Assembly (NCBI GenBank): GCA_964571285.1
Contig: CAZNCE010000001.1
Location: 47,255-111,254 of the forward strand
Direction of reading: 5' to 3'
Length of the DNA: 64,000 nucleotides
DNA from: an uncultured Nocardioidaceae bacterium
GTDB taxonomy: Bacteria > Actinomycetota > Actinomycetes > Propionibacteriales > Nocardioidaceae
In this document: positions 42,427-50,577 of the stretch, in pieces
Layout: every line of letters begins with the position of its first letter
Numbering within the stretch: the stretch's first letter is position 1
Position numbers and translations under genes: made by a program
The notes under the pieces: model-generated
The model's input: only the letters and a program-made list of their open reading frames with translations
The model's database searches: none
Told to the model about the DNA's origin: nothing

Positions 42427-43923
42427 ATGCAACTGAGTGAACAGGGCCGGGGTGTCCTGCTGGGCGGGGCTTCGGTCCTGCTCGTGGGAGGCTCGGTCGC
42501 CGCCGCGAACCTGATCAGCGACTTTCCCGTGCTCGGTGGGCAGGCAGTGAGGTTCCTGACCGCGACGGTGCTGCTGGCGGGTTGGGCCCGCCTGCGCAAG
42601 ATCCCCCTCCGGCGCCCCACGGCTCGGGAGTGCGGCTGGCTCAGCGCGCTCGCGGTCGTCGGGATGGCGGGGTACGGCGTGGTGCTGGTGCATGCCACCT
42701 CGGAGACCGATCCCGGGAACGTCGGCATCGCGATCGGCGCGACGCCGCTGGTGATCGTCCTGGTCAGGTCCTGGGCGCGTCGCACCCCGCCGTCGCGCCG
42801 GCTCATCGGCGGGGCCGGCTTGATCGCCGTGGCGACCGCGGCGACCTTCACCCTGTCGGATGGCGCCGGCGGCGCCTGGAACGCCAGCGGCCTCGCCTGG
42901 TCCGTGGCCGCGCTCGGCACCGCCGCCTGCATCACGTTGCTGGCCGCGCCCGTCGTCTCGAGCCTGGGTGCGCTGCCGGTGACGATCTACGCCTGCGCGG
43001 CTGCAGCCGTGGTGCTGTTCGCCGCCGCGCTGGGCGAGGCGTTGGTCCAGGGCAGCCCCGCCCTCCGAATGCCCACCGGGGTGGAGGCGCTGGCCCTGGT
43101 CTACCTGGCGGTCGGCGTCACCACCATGGTTTTCCTGCTCTGGTACGGGGCCATGTCGTTGCTGGGGCCGAGCAGGGCCGGGCTGTTCAACGGGGTCGTC
43201 CCCCTCACCAGTCTGGCCGCGGCCGCCCTGACCGGCACCGGCGACCCAACGCCCGCGCACCTGCTCTGTGCCGCTGCCGTGCTCGGCGGAGTCGCGTTGG
43301 GCGTCACCGGAGGGGCCGGCAGCGCGGCGCCGAGTCCCTCCTCACTCCGGGGCGAGCAGGGCGTTGGCGATGGTGCTCGCGACCCACTCCTCGTACTGGT
43401 CGAGGGTGTAGTCGCCCGTCCGGACCAGCAACTCGTAGGTCTCGGGGCTGGCGATCGCCCAGGCGGTGTCGGTCGCCGCGGCCCGGCTCATCCCCTTCCG
43501 CAGGGACTTGGTGGGGATGCGTCGGATCATCTCGGCGAAGGTGTGGTGCCGCAGTTGGTGCAGCGCCTGCCAGTCTGCGGCGATCTCGGCGTCGGAGGCG
43601 GCGGCGTCCCGATACAGTCGCCAACCCAGCGCGGCTCGTTCGGCCAGCCCCCGGTAGAAGGCGGCGAGGTGTTTGACCGTGGTCCGAGCGTCTGCGCCCG
43701 GCCGGTCCAGCGCGTCGGCGATCAGGTGCGGCAGCTCCTCCGCGTACTGCGCGTCCGGGTCGCCCGACAGCGAGGCGTCCATGTGCGCGCGCAGCAGGGC
43801 TCGCTTGCTTCCCCAGGCCAGATACAGCGTCTGCACGGTGACGCCGGCACGATCGGCGATGCGATTGACCGTCGCCGCGTGATAGCCACGCTCGGCGAAC
43901 TCAGCCGTCGCCGCTTGGAGTAG
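42427..43923 (+). CDS. EamA/DMT-family transporter; ORF lacks a stop at the expected ~300-aa end and runs ~580 nt antisense into tetR
   Basis: The first ~300 aa show ten hydrophobic helices typical of DMT. The remainder (after ...VALGVTGGAGSAAPS) is Arg/Gly/Pro-rich and antisense to 43342..44001. Confidence 0.7.
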   Translation: MQLSEQGRGVLLGGASVLLVGGSVAAANLISDFPVLGGQAVRFLTATVLLAGWARLRKIPLRRPTARECGWLSALAVVGMAGYGVVLVHATSETDPGNVGIAIGATPLVIVLVRSWARRTPPSRRLIGGAGLIAVATAATFTLSDGAGGAWNASGLAWSVAALGTAACITLLAAPVVSSLGALPVTIYACAAAAVVLFAAALGEALVQGSPALRMPTGVEALALVYLAVGVTTMVFLLWYGAMSLLGPSRAGLFNGVVPLTSLAAAALTGTGDPTPAHLLCAAAVLGGVALGVTGGAGSAAPSPSSLRGEQGVGDGARDPLLVLVEGVVARPDQQLVGLGAGDRPGGVGRRGPAHPLPQGLGGDASDHLGEGVVPQLVQRLPVCGDLGVGGGGVPIQSPTQRGSFGQPPVEGGEVFDRGPSVCARPVQRVGDQVRQLLRVLRVRVARQRGVHVRAQQGSLASPGQIQRLHGDAGTIGDAIDRRRVIATLGELSRRRLE

Positions 43924-44001
43924 CCGGCGCCGGGTCTCCGCCCGCGACGCCGCACCAGCCTCGCGCTGGCGCGTGGTGTTGCGAGCAGCACGCTTTGCCA
44001 T
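43342..44001 (-). CDS. TetR-family transcriptional regulator
   Basis: HTH GYHAATVNRIADRAGVTVQTLYLAWGSK. Start placed at ATG 44001 (MAKRAARN), with a TACCAT -10-like box ending 6 nt upstream (leaderless arrangement). TTG 44019 is an alternative. Confidence 0.9.
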   Translation of the reverse strand: MAKRAARNTTRQREAGAASRAETRRRLLQAATAEFAERGYHAATVNRIADRAGVTVQTLYLAWGSKRALLRAHMDASLSGDPDAQYAEELPHLIADALDRPGADARTTVKHLAAFYRGLAERAALGWRLYRDAAASDAEIAADWQALHQLRHHTFAEMIRRIPTKSLRKGMSRAAATDTAWAIASPETYELLVRTGDYTLDQYEEWVASTIANALLAPE

Positions 44002-44019
44002 GGACAGATGGTAGCGCAA

Positions 44020-44063
44020 GGATTAGAGTGACGCTAAAGTGTTTTAGAGCGACACTCTAATCC
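44020..44063. promoter_or_regulatory. 44-bp AT-rich palindromic operator candidate in the tetR / cocE-like divergent region
   Basis: GGATTAGAGTGACGCTAAAGTGTTTTAGAGCGACACTCTAATCC. Outer arms GGATTAGAGTG / CACTCTAATCC are perfect, inner arms imperfect. Immediately followed by GGAGG and ATG 44076. Confidence 0.65.
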
Positions 44064-44075
44064 GGAGGCTCAACC

Positions 44076-45815
44076 ATGACCCGCACCCCGTCCGCCCCGG
44101 GTCTGGACCGGCCCTGGCATCGGCCGGGCGCGGTGCGGTACGCGCTCGCACGGCTGCGTGGCATCGCCCGACCGCCGGTCACCGTGTACGAGCCGGCGGC
44201 GGGCACCGTGGTCAGCGAGCTGGATGTGCCGGTGCGGACGCGCGACGACACCGTGCTGCGCGTCAACGTCTACCGGCCGCCCGGTGACGGGCCGTTCCCA
44301 GTGCTGCTGTCGGCACACCCGTACGGCAAGGACAATCTGCCGGCCCGCCGCGGGCGCCGGTCGAGGTTCTCGGTGCAGTACCGGATCATGCGCCAGCCCG
44401 CGCCGGTGTCGTTCTCGAGCCTGACCAGCTGGGAGGCACCCGACCCGGCCTGGTGGACCGGACACGGCTATGCGGTCGTCAACGCCGACCTGCGTGGCTG
44501 CGGCACGTCCGACGGGGTCGGGTCGCTGATGTCCGATGCCGAGGCCGAGGACATCGCAGACCTGGTGGAGTGGGCTGGCCACCAACCCTGGTCGACCGGC
44601 AACGTCGGCATGCTGGGGGTGTCCTACCTGGCGATGTCCCAGTACAAGGTGGCCGGTCTGGCGCCGCCCTCGCTGAAGGCGATCTGTCCCTGGGAGGGGA
44701 TGACAGATCCCTATCGCGACCTGATGCGCCCAGGCGGGCTGTACGAACACGGGTTCACCCGTGTCTGGGCGGCCGGGACCAAGCGGGCCGGCCGGCTGGC
44801 AACCGACATCGGCGAGGAGCAACGGGACCGCCCGCTGCGCGACGAGTGGTGGCAGTCCATCACCCCGGACCTGGACAAGATCACCGTGCCGATGCTGGTC
44901 TGCGCCAGCTTCTCCGACAACGCCCTGCACTCCCGGGGCTCGTTCCGCGCGTTCGAAAACGTCGGGTCAAGCCACCGGTTCGCGTACACCCACCGGGGCG
45001 GCAAGTGGGCGGTGTTCTACGACGAGCCGGCCCGGCAGACCCAACGGGCCTTCTTCGACCGCTACCTCCGGGAGGCGGCCGCCCCCGCCCTGCCGCGGGT
45101 GCGCCTGGAGGTGCGCGAGTCCGGCGACCGGGTCGTCGAGGTCCGGGACGAGGACGAATGGCCGTTGGCCCGCACCGAGTGGTCCCCGCTGTACCTCTCC
45201 CCCGGCGGCCGGCTCGACGTCGATCCGCCCCGGCTGACCGGCCGGGTGAGCTTCCGGACCAGGCGCCGCGCCGCCGCGTTCACCTACCCGATGCCCGCCG
45301 AGACCGAGCTCACCGGACCCATGTCGCTACGCCTGTGGGTCTCCGTGGACGAGACCGATGACGTGGACCTCGTCGTCGGAGTCGAGAAGTGGCGCGGCAG
45401 GCACTACGTCGGCTTCGAGGGCTCGTACGGCTTCGGTCGCGACCGGGTGACCACGGGCTGGCAGAAGGCCTCGCTGCGCCAGCTCGACGACGATGCGTCG
45501 GCCATCGGCGAGCCCGTCCACACGTACCGGACGCGCCAGCCGCTGGAGCCGGGTGAGATCGTCCCGGTCGACATCGCGCTCGGCCCGTCGGCCACCCTGT
45601 TCCGCGCCGGCGAGTCACTGCGGCTGGTCATCGCCGGTCGGTGGCTGTGGCCGGCCAATCCGCTCACCGGCAACTTCCCGGCGCGCTACACCCACACCCC
45701 CGCCGGCCGGTGCACGCTGCACTGGGGCCCCGACCGGCCGGCCCACTTGCTGCTCCCGCGGATCCCATCACGTCACACCAACACATTGCCTCTACAGGTA
45801 AGGAGAACACCATGA
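44076..45815 (+). CDS. CocE/NonD-family (S15 X-Pro dipeptidyl-peptidase-like) hydrolase
   Basis: VLLSAHPYGK, nucleophile elbow GMLGVSYLAMSQ and a C-terminal beta-sandwich region. 579 aa. Confidence 0.85.
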   Translation: MTRTPSAPGLDRPWHRPGAVRYALARLRGIARPPVTVYEPAAGTVVSELDVPVRTRDDTVLRVNVYRPPGDGPFPVLLSAHPYGKDNLPARRGRRSRFSVQYRIMRQPAPVSFSSLTSWEAPDPAWWTGHGYAVVNADLRGCGTSDGVGSLMSDAEAEDIADLVEWAGHQPWSTGNVGMLGVSYLAMSQYKVAGLAPPSLKAICPWEGMTDPYRDLMRPGGLYEHGFTRVWAAGTKRAGRLATDIGEEQRDRPLRDEWWQSITPDLDKITVPMLVCASFSDNALHSRGSFRAFENVGSSHRFAYTHRGGKWAVFYDEPARQTQRAFFDRYLREAAAPALPRVRLEVRESGDRVVEVRDEDEWPLARTEWSPLYLSPGGRLDVDPPRLTGRVSFRTRRRAAAFTYPMPAETELTGPMSLRLWVSVDETDDVDLVVGVEKWRGRHYVGFEGSYGFGRDRVTTGWQKASLRQLDDDASAIGEPVHTYRTRQPLEPGEIVPVDIALGPSATLFRAGESLRLVIAGRWLWPANPLTGNFPARYTHTPAGRCTLHWGPDRPAHLLLPRIPSRHTNTLPLQVRRTP

Positions 45816-46645
45816 GCCGCACCGACGCGCTGGTCTCAACCGACTGGGCCGAGGACAACCTGAACACCGCGGGCGTCGTCTTCGTCGAAGTGGACGAAGA
45901 CGTGACGGCCTACGGCGACGGCCACATCCCGGGCGCGGTGATGCTGGACTGGAAGCTCGACCTGCAGGACCCCCTCCGCCGCGACTTCGTCGACAAGATC
46001 CAGTTCGAGGGGTTGCTGTCGGACAAGGGGATCGGGAACGCGGACACCGTGGTGCTGTACGGCGGGAACAACAACTGGTTCGCCGCCTACGCCTACTGGT
46101 ACTTCAAGCTGTACGGCCACCAGGACGTGAAACTGCTGGACGGCGGCCGGAAGAAGTGGGAGCTGGAGGGGCGCATCCTCACCGACGAGCCGGTGAAGCG
46201 CGCCACTACGTCGTACCAGGCCGCCGAACAGAACTGCTCCATCCGAGCGTTCCGCGACGAGGTCATCGCTGCGATCGGCGTACACAACCTGGTCGACGTC
46301 CGCTCGCCGGACGAGTTCTCCGGGAAGCTGTTCGCGCCGCCCAACCTGCCGCAGGAGCAGCCCTACGTGGCCGGCCACGTCCCCGGCGCGCTGAACGTGC
46401 CATGGAGCAAGGCCGCCAATGACGACGGCACCTTCAAGTCCGACGAAGAGCTTCGCGAGATCTACGCCGGTGTCGACCAGTCGAAGAACACCATCGCCTA
46501 CTGCCGGATCGGCGAGCGCTCCAGCCACACGTGGTTCGTGCTCAGCGAACTACTGGATCGCGAGAACGTGAAGAACTACGACGGCTCGTGGACCGAGTAC
46601 GGCTCGCTGGTGGCGGTGCCGGTCGCGCGCGGTAGCGACTCCTGA
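45812..46645 (+). CDS. sseA: Thiosulfate/3-mercaptopyruvate sulfurtransferase (two-domain rhodanese)
   Basis: ATGA overlap with the upstream stop. SD AAGGAG. Active-site loop YCRIGERSSH. Confidence 0.9.
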   Translation: MSRTDALVSTDWAEDNLNTAGVVFVEVDEDVTAYGDGHIPGAVMLDWKLDLQDPLRRDFVDKIQFEGLLSDKGIGNADTVVLYGGNNNWFAAYAYWYFKLYGHQDVKLLDGGRKKWELEGRILTDEPVKRATTSYQAAEQNCSIRAFRDEVIAAIGVHNLVDVRSPDEFSGKLFAPPNLPQEQPYVAGHVPGALNVPWSKAANDDGTFKSDEELREIYAGVDQSKNTIAYCRIGERSSHTWFVLSELLDRENVKNYDGSWTEYGSLVAVPVARGSDS

Positions 46646-46657
46646 GAGGGGTACGGC

Positions 46658-47713
46658 GTGTACTTCAAACAGTTCCTGCACGACGACCACGGGTGCGCGT
46701 CGTACTTCATCGCGTCGAGGGAGTCCCGGGAGGCGGCCGTCGTCGACCCGCAGATCGACGTCGACCGCTACCTCGGGCTGGCCGCGGAGCGCGGATATCG
46801 GATCACCACCGTGATCGACACGCACCTGCACGCCGACCACGTGTCGGGCAACCGGGCGTTGGCGCGCGCCACCGGGGCCGACCTCTACCTCCATGCATCG
46901 GCGGATGTCGCCTTCTCGTTCGCGGCGCTGCAGCACGGCACCGTGCTCTCGATCGGCCAGCTCCAGCTGCGAGTGGTGCACACGCCCGGGCACCGACCGG
47001 AGGCGATCTCGCTGCTGCTCGTCAATCCACCACGTAGCCCGGAGCCGTCCATGGTGCTGTCGGGAGACACCCTGTTCGTCGGTGACGTCGGCCGACCGGA
47101 CTTCGGCGGAGCTGAGGGCGCCGAGCAGCAGTGGGCGAGCGTGCAGCGCCTGCTGAGCCTGCCGGACTGGGTGGAGGTCTTCCCGGCGCATTTCGAGGGC
47201 AGCTGCGGCAAGGCGATGTGCGGCCGGCCGAGTTCCACGATCGGGTTCGAGCGCCGATTCAACCCGGTGCTCCGGCTTAGTCGTGAGGAGTTTCTGAGCT
47301 ACGCCGGGCAACCTCCGGCCCGGCCGCTGAACATGACCGCGATCATGGCGACCAACCAGGGGCGCGCCGACCTGGCGTACGCCCAGGATCTCGGGGCCAC
47401 GACGCCTCCGCGACTGGACATCGCGCAGGCGAAGCACCGCATCGCGGCAAACGCGATGGTCCTGGACGTGCGGGAGCCCGACGAGTACACCGCCGGGCAC
47501 CTGCCCGCGGCACGGAACCTGCCGCAGGCGGACATGTTGACCCGGATCGACGAGATTCCACGGGACCAGAGCCTCATCGTGGTCTGCGAGACCGGTGTGA
47601 GATCACGAGGTGCGGCCCGGTTCCTGACCGGCCAGGGCTATCCGCAGGTCGCCGACCTGATCGGCGGGACGGCGGCCTGGCGACGGGCCGGCGAACCCCT
47701 GGAATACGCGTAA
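46658..47713 (+). CDS. MBL-fold persulfide-dioxygenase-like domain fused to a C-terminal rhodanese domain
   Basis: THLHADHVSG (HxHxDH) and ETHE1-like PGHRPE. C-terminal rhodanese with active-site VVCETGVRS. Confidence 0.85.
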   Translation: MYFKQFLHDDHGCASYFIASRESREAAVVDPQIDVDRYLGLAAERGYRITTVIDTHLHADHVSGNRALARATGADLYLHASADVAFSFAALQHGTVLSIGQLQLRVVHTPGHRPEAISLLLVNPPRSPEPSMVLSGDTLFVGDVGRPDFGGAEGAEQQWASVQRLLSLPDWVEVFPAHFEGSCGKAMCGRPSSTIGFERRFNPVLRLSREEFLSYAGQPPARPLNMTAIMATNQGRADLAYAQDLGATTPPRLDIAQAKHRIAANAMVLDVREPDEYTAGHLPAARNLPQADMLTRIDEIPRDQSLIVVCETGVRSRGAARFLTGQGYPQVADLIGGTAAWRRAGEPLEYA

Positions 47714-47717
47714 CGCC

Positions 47718-48416
47718 ATGGGTCCCACCCAGTCTGGTCCCGCGGCCCGATCCGACACCTTCGCCAAAGGCCGAGTCGAGTTGTTCTCGGACGCGGTGAT
47801 CGCGGTCGCCATCACCCTGCTCGTCCTCGACCTGCGGGTGCCGGAACCGGGCGGCGCCGAGACGCTCGGCCACCTGCTTGCCGAGCAGTGGCCCAGCTAC
47901 GTGGCCTATGTCATCTCCTTCCTGGCGATCGGCATCATCTGGATCAACCACCACGCCATGCTGCGGCGCGTGGTCGGCGTCGACCATTCCCTCCTGGTCC
48001 TGAACCTGCTGCTCCTGTTGTGCATCGTGGTGTTGCCGTTCAGCACTTCGCTGCTCGCGACCTACCTGGACGCGCCCAGCGGCGGACGCCTTGCCGCGGT
48101 CGTCTACGCGGGGTCGTTCCTGGTCACCTCGTCGGTGTTCGTCGCCATGCAACATCACCTGCTGATCCGGCGCCCACAGCTGCTGCGCGACCCTCACACC
48201 AGCGCCGAGACCCGGGCGATCCTGATCCGCGCCGCGGTGGCGCCGCCGGCGTACCTGCTGGCCGCGGCGGCAGGTCTCCTGGCGCCGTACGTCACACTCA
48301 CGGTCTGCGTCGCGATGGGCCTGTTCTACCTGCTGGCACCTCCGTCGGCCCCACGTGCCAGGACCGGGTCGGCCGCCCGCGAAACCGCCTCGTCCGCGGA
48401 CCTGGGCGGTCCTTGA
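47718..48416 (+). CDS. TMEM175-family (DUF1211) putative potassium channel
   Basis: Signature GRVELFSDAVIAVAITLLVLDL. Six hydrophobic helices. Starts 4 nt after the upstream stop. Confidence 0.8.
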   Translation: MGPTQSGPAARSDTFAKGRVELFSDAVIAVAITLLVLDLRVPEPGGAETLGHLLAEQWPSYVAYVISFLAIGIIWINHHAMLRRVVGVDHSLLVLNLLLLLCIVVLPFSTSLLATYLDAPSGGRLAAVVYAGSFLVTSSVFVAMQHHLLIRRPQLLRDPHTSAETRAILIRAAVAPPAYLLAAAAGLLAPYVTLTVCVAMGLFYLLAPPSAPRARTGSAARETASSADLGGP

Positions 48417-48469
48417 CGTTTGCCGTAGCTTGTCGCGGCTCGCGTCGGCTCCCGCCCTAGTCTGCCTTC

Positions 48470-49171
48470 ATGACAGTGCGACCGGCGACGGTTTCTGACC
48501 TCGACTGGATGGTCTCCGTACTCAGTGAACGTCGCGGGTCTCTGGTCGACTTTGCTCGGGTGGTCTGGCGACCGGCACCGGACGCCTCCGAGCGCCATCG
48601 TGAGTTCCTTGAACACCTGCTCCGGGAGGGCAGTGCGACTGCCTACCGGACCGACACTTCCCTCCTCGTCGCGCCGCGACGCGGCGACGGCTGGCTCATC
48701 GACGATCTCCACGTCTCCGAAGGGCACTGGGAGAACGATGGTCGCGACATGTGGAACGCCCTGGCCTCCGAGAGCAGCGGAGACGCGGTCCGGTTCGTGT
48801 GCCCGACCTACGAGGCGAACCGTCGAAGTTTCGCCCATCGGGTGGGGCTGGATCTAGCCGAATCGTGGTGGCTGATGGAGCTCGAGACCTCTGGCGGTGA
48901 ACCAGGGGCGAAGGTGGCCTTGCCCGGTGGGGAAGGAATCACTGTTGCTGCACCGCCCGTGTACGGCCCACCTGGCCCAATGTTGTTCATTCCGGCCCTG
49001 TCTGATCCCCGAGCAGCGGTTTACGCGTCGCCACAGAGCGCCAGACAGCACGGTTGTGCCGGGGTCGTGGTCAACCAGACAGCACGCGATACCCAGTTGG
49101 CCGAGATCCTTTCTCAGTCAGGGTTCCGCAGGCACTGCGACTACTTCACCGGCATCCTGGCGACCATCTGA
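48470..49171 (+). CDS. GNAT-like acetyltransferase (weak), compositionally atypical
   Basis: MTVRPATVSDLDWMVSVL..., FVCPTYEANRRSFAHRVGL and a GFRRHCDYF-type C-terminus. By eye about a third of codons end in A/T, unlike neighbouring genes. Confidence 0.5.
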   Translation: MTVRPATVSDLDWMVSVLSERRGSLVDFARVVWRPAPDASERHREFLEHLLREGSATAYRTDTSLLVAPRRGDGWLIDDLHVSEGHWENDGRDMWNALASESSGDAVRFVCPTYEANRRSFAHRVGLDLAESWWLMELETSGGEPGAKVALPGGEGITVAAPPVYGPPGPMLFIPALSDPRAAVYASPQSARQHGCAGVVVNQTARDTQLAEILSQSGFRRHCDYFTGILATI

Positions 49172-49320
49172 TCGCGGCATGTCCGGGCGTGACGCGGCGA
49201 GACGCGACGAACTGGGACGAACTCGTCCCGCGCCTCCAGCCGGAGGGGACTCGTCCGCCGCGGAGAGGGCACACGGCGTCGACCTGGGGGAACGGTCGGC
49301 AGGAAGGCCCTGTCGGTCAT

Positions 49321-49357
49321 GCAAAACGCCGCCCACCTGCGTGGACAGGTCGGCGGC
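49321..49357 (-). terminator. Intrinsic terminator downstream of tRNA-Pro
   Basis: Minus-strand hairpin GCCGCCGACCTG-TCCACG-CAGGTGGGCGGC (one mismatch) followed by GTTTTGC. Confidence 0.6.
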
Positions 49358-49364
49358 GGTCCGG

Positions 49365-49438
<74 letters not shown>

Positions 49439-49552
49439 CGGCCCGGTGCGGGCGACTTCCGCCCGGGCGTGCAAACCTTACCCCAGCGCACGACGGCCCC
49501 CGAAACCGGCTGGCCAGCGGAAAACCCGTGGTGCCACCATGTTCGGGGTCCC

Positions 49553-49558
49553 TAGCAT
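49553..49558 (+). promoter_or_regulatory. -10-like box TAGCAT ending 6 nt before ATG 49565 (possible leaderless transcript)
   Basis: TAGCAT-CCTGGC-ATG with no SD. The -35 is weak. Confidence 0.3.
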
Positions 49559-49564
49559 CCTGGC

Positions 49565-50572
49565 ATGCAGATCCGCGAGATCGACGTGCATGACGACGCC
49601 CTGTTCCGGCGTTGGCACGCCATCTACCGCACCGCCGACACGTACCAGCGACCGGACGCTCGGACCTGGTCCGAGCGTGAGGCCATGGTCGCGTTCGGGG
49701 CGCCCGACGACTCCGAGGAGGCCCACGCCTTCGCCGCGTTCGACGATGCGGGCGCGATGGTCGGCGCCGGCTACGCCTTCCTGCCGCTGCTCGACAACAC
49801 CGACCTGGCGTGGGGACAGGTCTTCGTGGAACCGGAGCGCCGTGGCCGCGGCATCGGCGGCGCGCTGGTCCAGGAACTCGAGGACCTCACCCGGCGGGCC
49901 GGGCGTACTCGTGTACTGAGCGAGGCGATATTCGGCTTCGAGCACCGCGAGGATCACCCGTACCGGCGGTTCGCCGAACAGCACGGCTACACCCTGGGCA
50001 GCGTCGAGGTGTTGCGGCGGTTGAACCTGCCGATCGACCCGGCCAAGCTGCAGCAGCTGGCCGACGAGGCGGCGGAACGGCACGCGGACTACCGGATCGA
50101 GGCGTTCACCGGCCGGGTTCCCGACGACGTCGCACAGGGCTACTGCGACGTGGTCAACCGGCTCGCGGTCGACGCACCCACCGGCACGATCGAGTTCGAG
50201 GCCGAGGCGATGACCGTGGCCAATCTGCGGCAGCGCGAAGACCAGCGGGAGCAGCAGGGCCGCACCATGCTCACCACCGTGGCCCGGGACGCGACCGGCA
50301 CCGTGGTGGCGGTCAGCGACCTGGTGACGGTCGAGGACTACCCCACCCGGGCGGACCAGTGGACCACGCTGGTCCTGGCCGAGCATCGTGGCCACCGGCT
50401 CGGCCTGGCCACCAAGGTGCGCAATCTGATGGAGTTGCAGCGCTCCCATCCGCAGGTGACCCAGGTCCTGACCTCCAACGAGGAGGCCAACGACCAGATG
50501 GTGGCGATCAACGAACTGCTCGGATTCAAGCCGATCGAGCTGCTAGTGGAGTTCGAGAAGAAGCTCCGCTGA
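49565..50572 (+). CDS. GNAT-family N-acetyltransferase (two-domain)
   Basis: Acetyl-CoA loop VFVEPERRGRGIGGALV and a second GNAT-like half (HRGHRLGLATKV). Confidence 0.8.
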   Translation: MQIREIDVHDDALFRRWHAIYRTADTYQRPDARTWSEREAMVAFGAPDDSEEAHAFAAFDDAGAMVGAGYAFLPLLDNTDLAWGQVFVEPERRGRGIGGALVQELEDLTRRAGRTRVLSEAIFGFEHREDHPYRRFAEQHGYTLGSVEVLRRLNLPIDPAKLQQLADEAAERHADYRIEAFTGRVPDDVAQGYCDVVNRLAVDAPTGTIEFEAEAMTVANLRQREDQREQQGRTMLTTVARDATGTVVAVSDLVTVEDYPTRADQWTTLVLAEHRGHRLGLATKVRNLMELQRSHPQVTQVLTSNEEANDQMVAINELLGFKPIELLVEFEKKLR

Positions 50573-50577
50573 GCCGT

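Noticed and set aside
42427-43923. A genuine 498-aa two-domain DMT protein
   Set aside because: The C-terminal 190 residues are low-complexity and wholly antisense to tetR. I treat this as a missing or late stop rather than a functional domain, but I report it as an observation.
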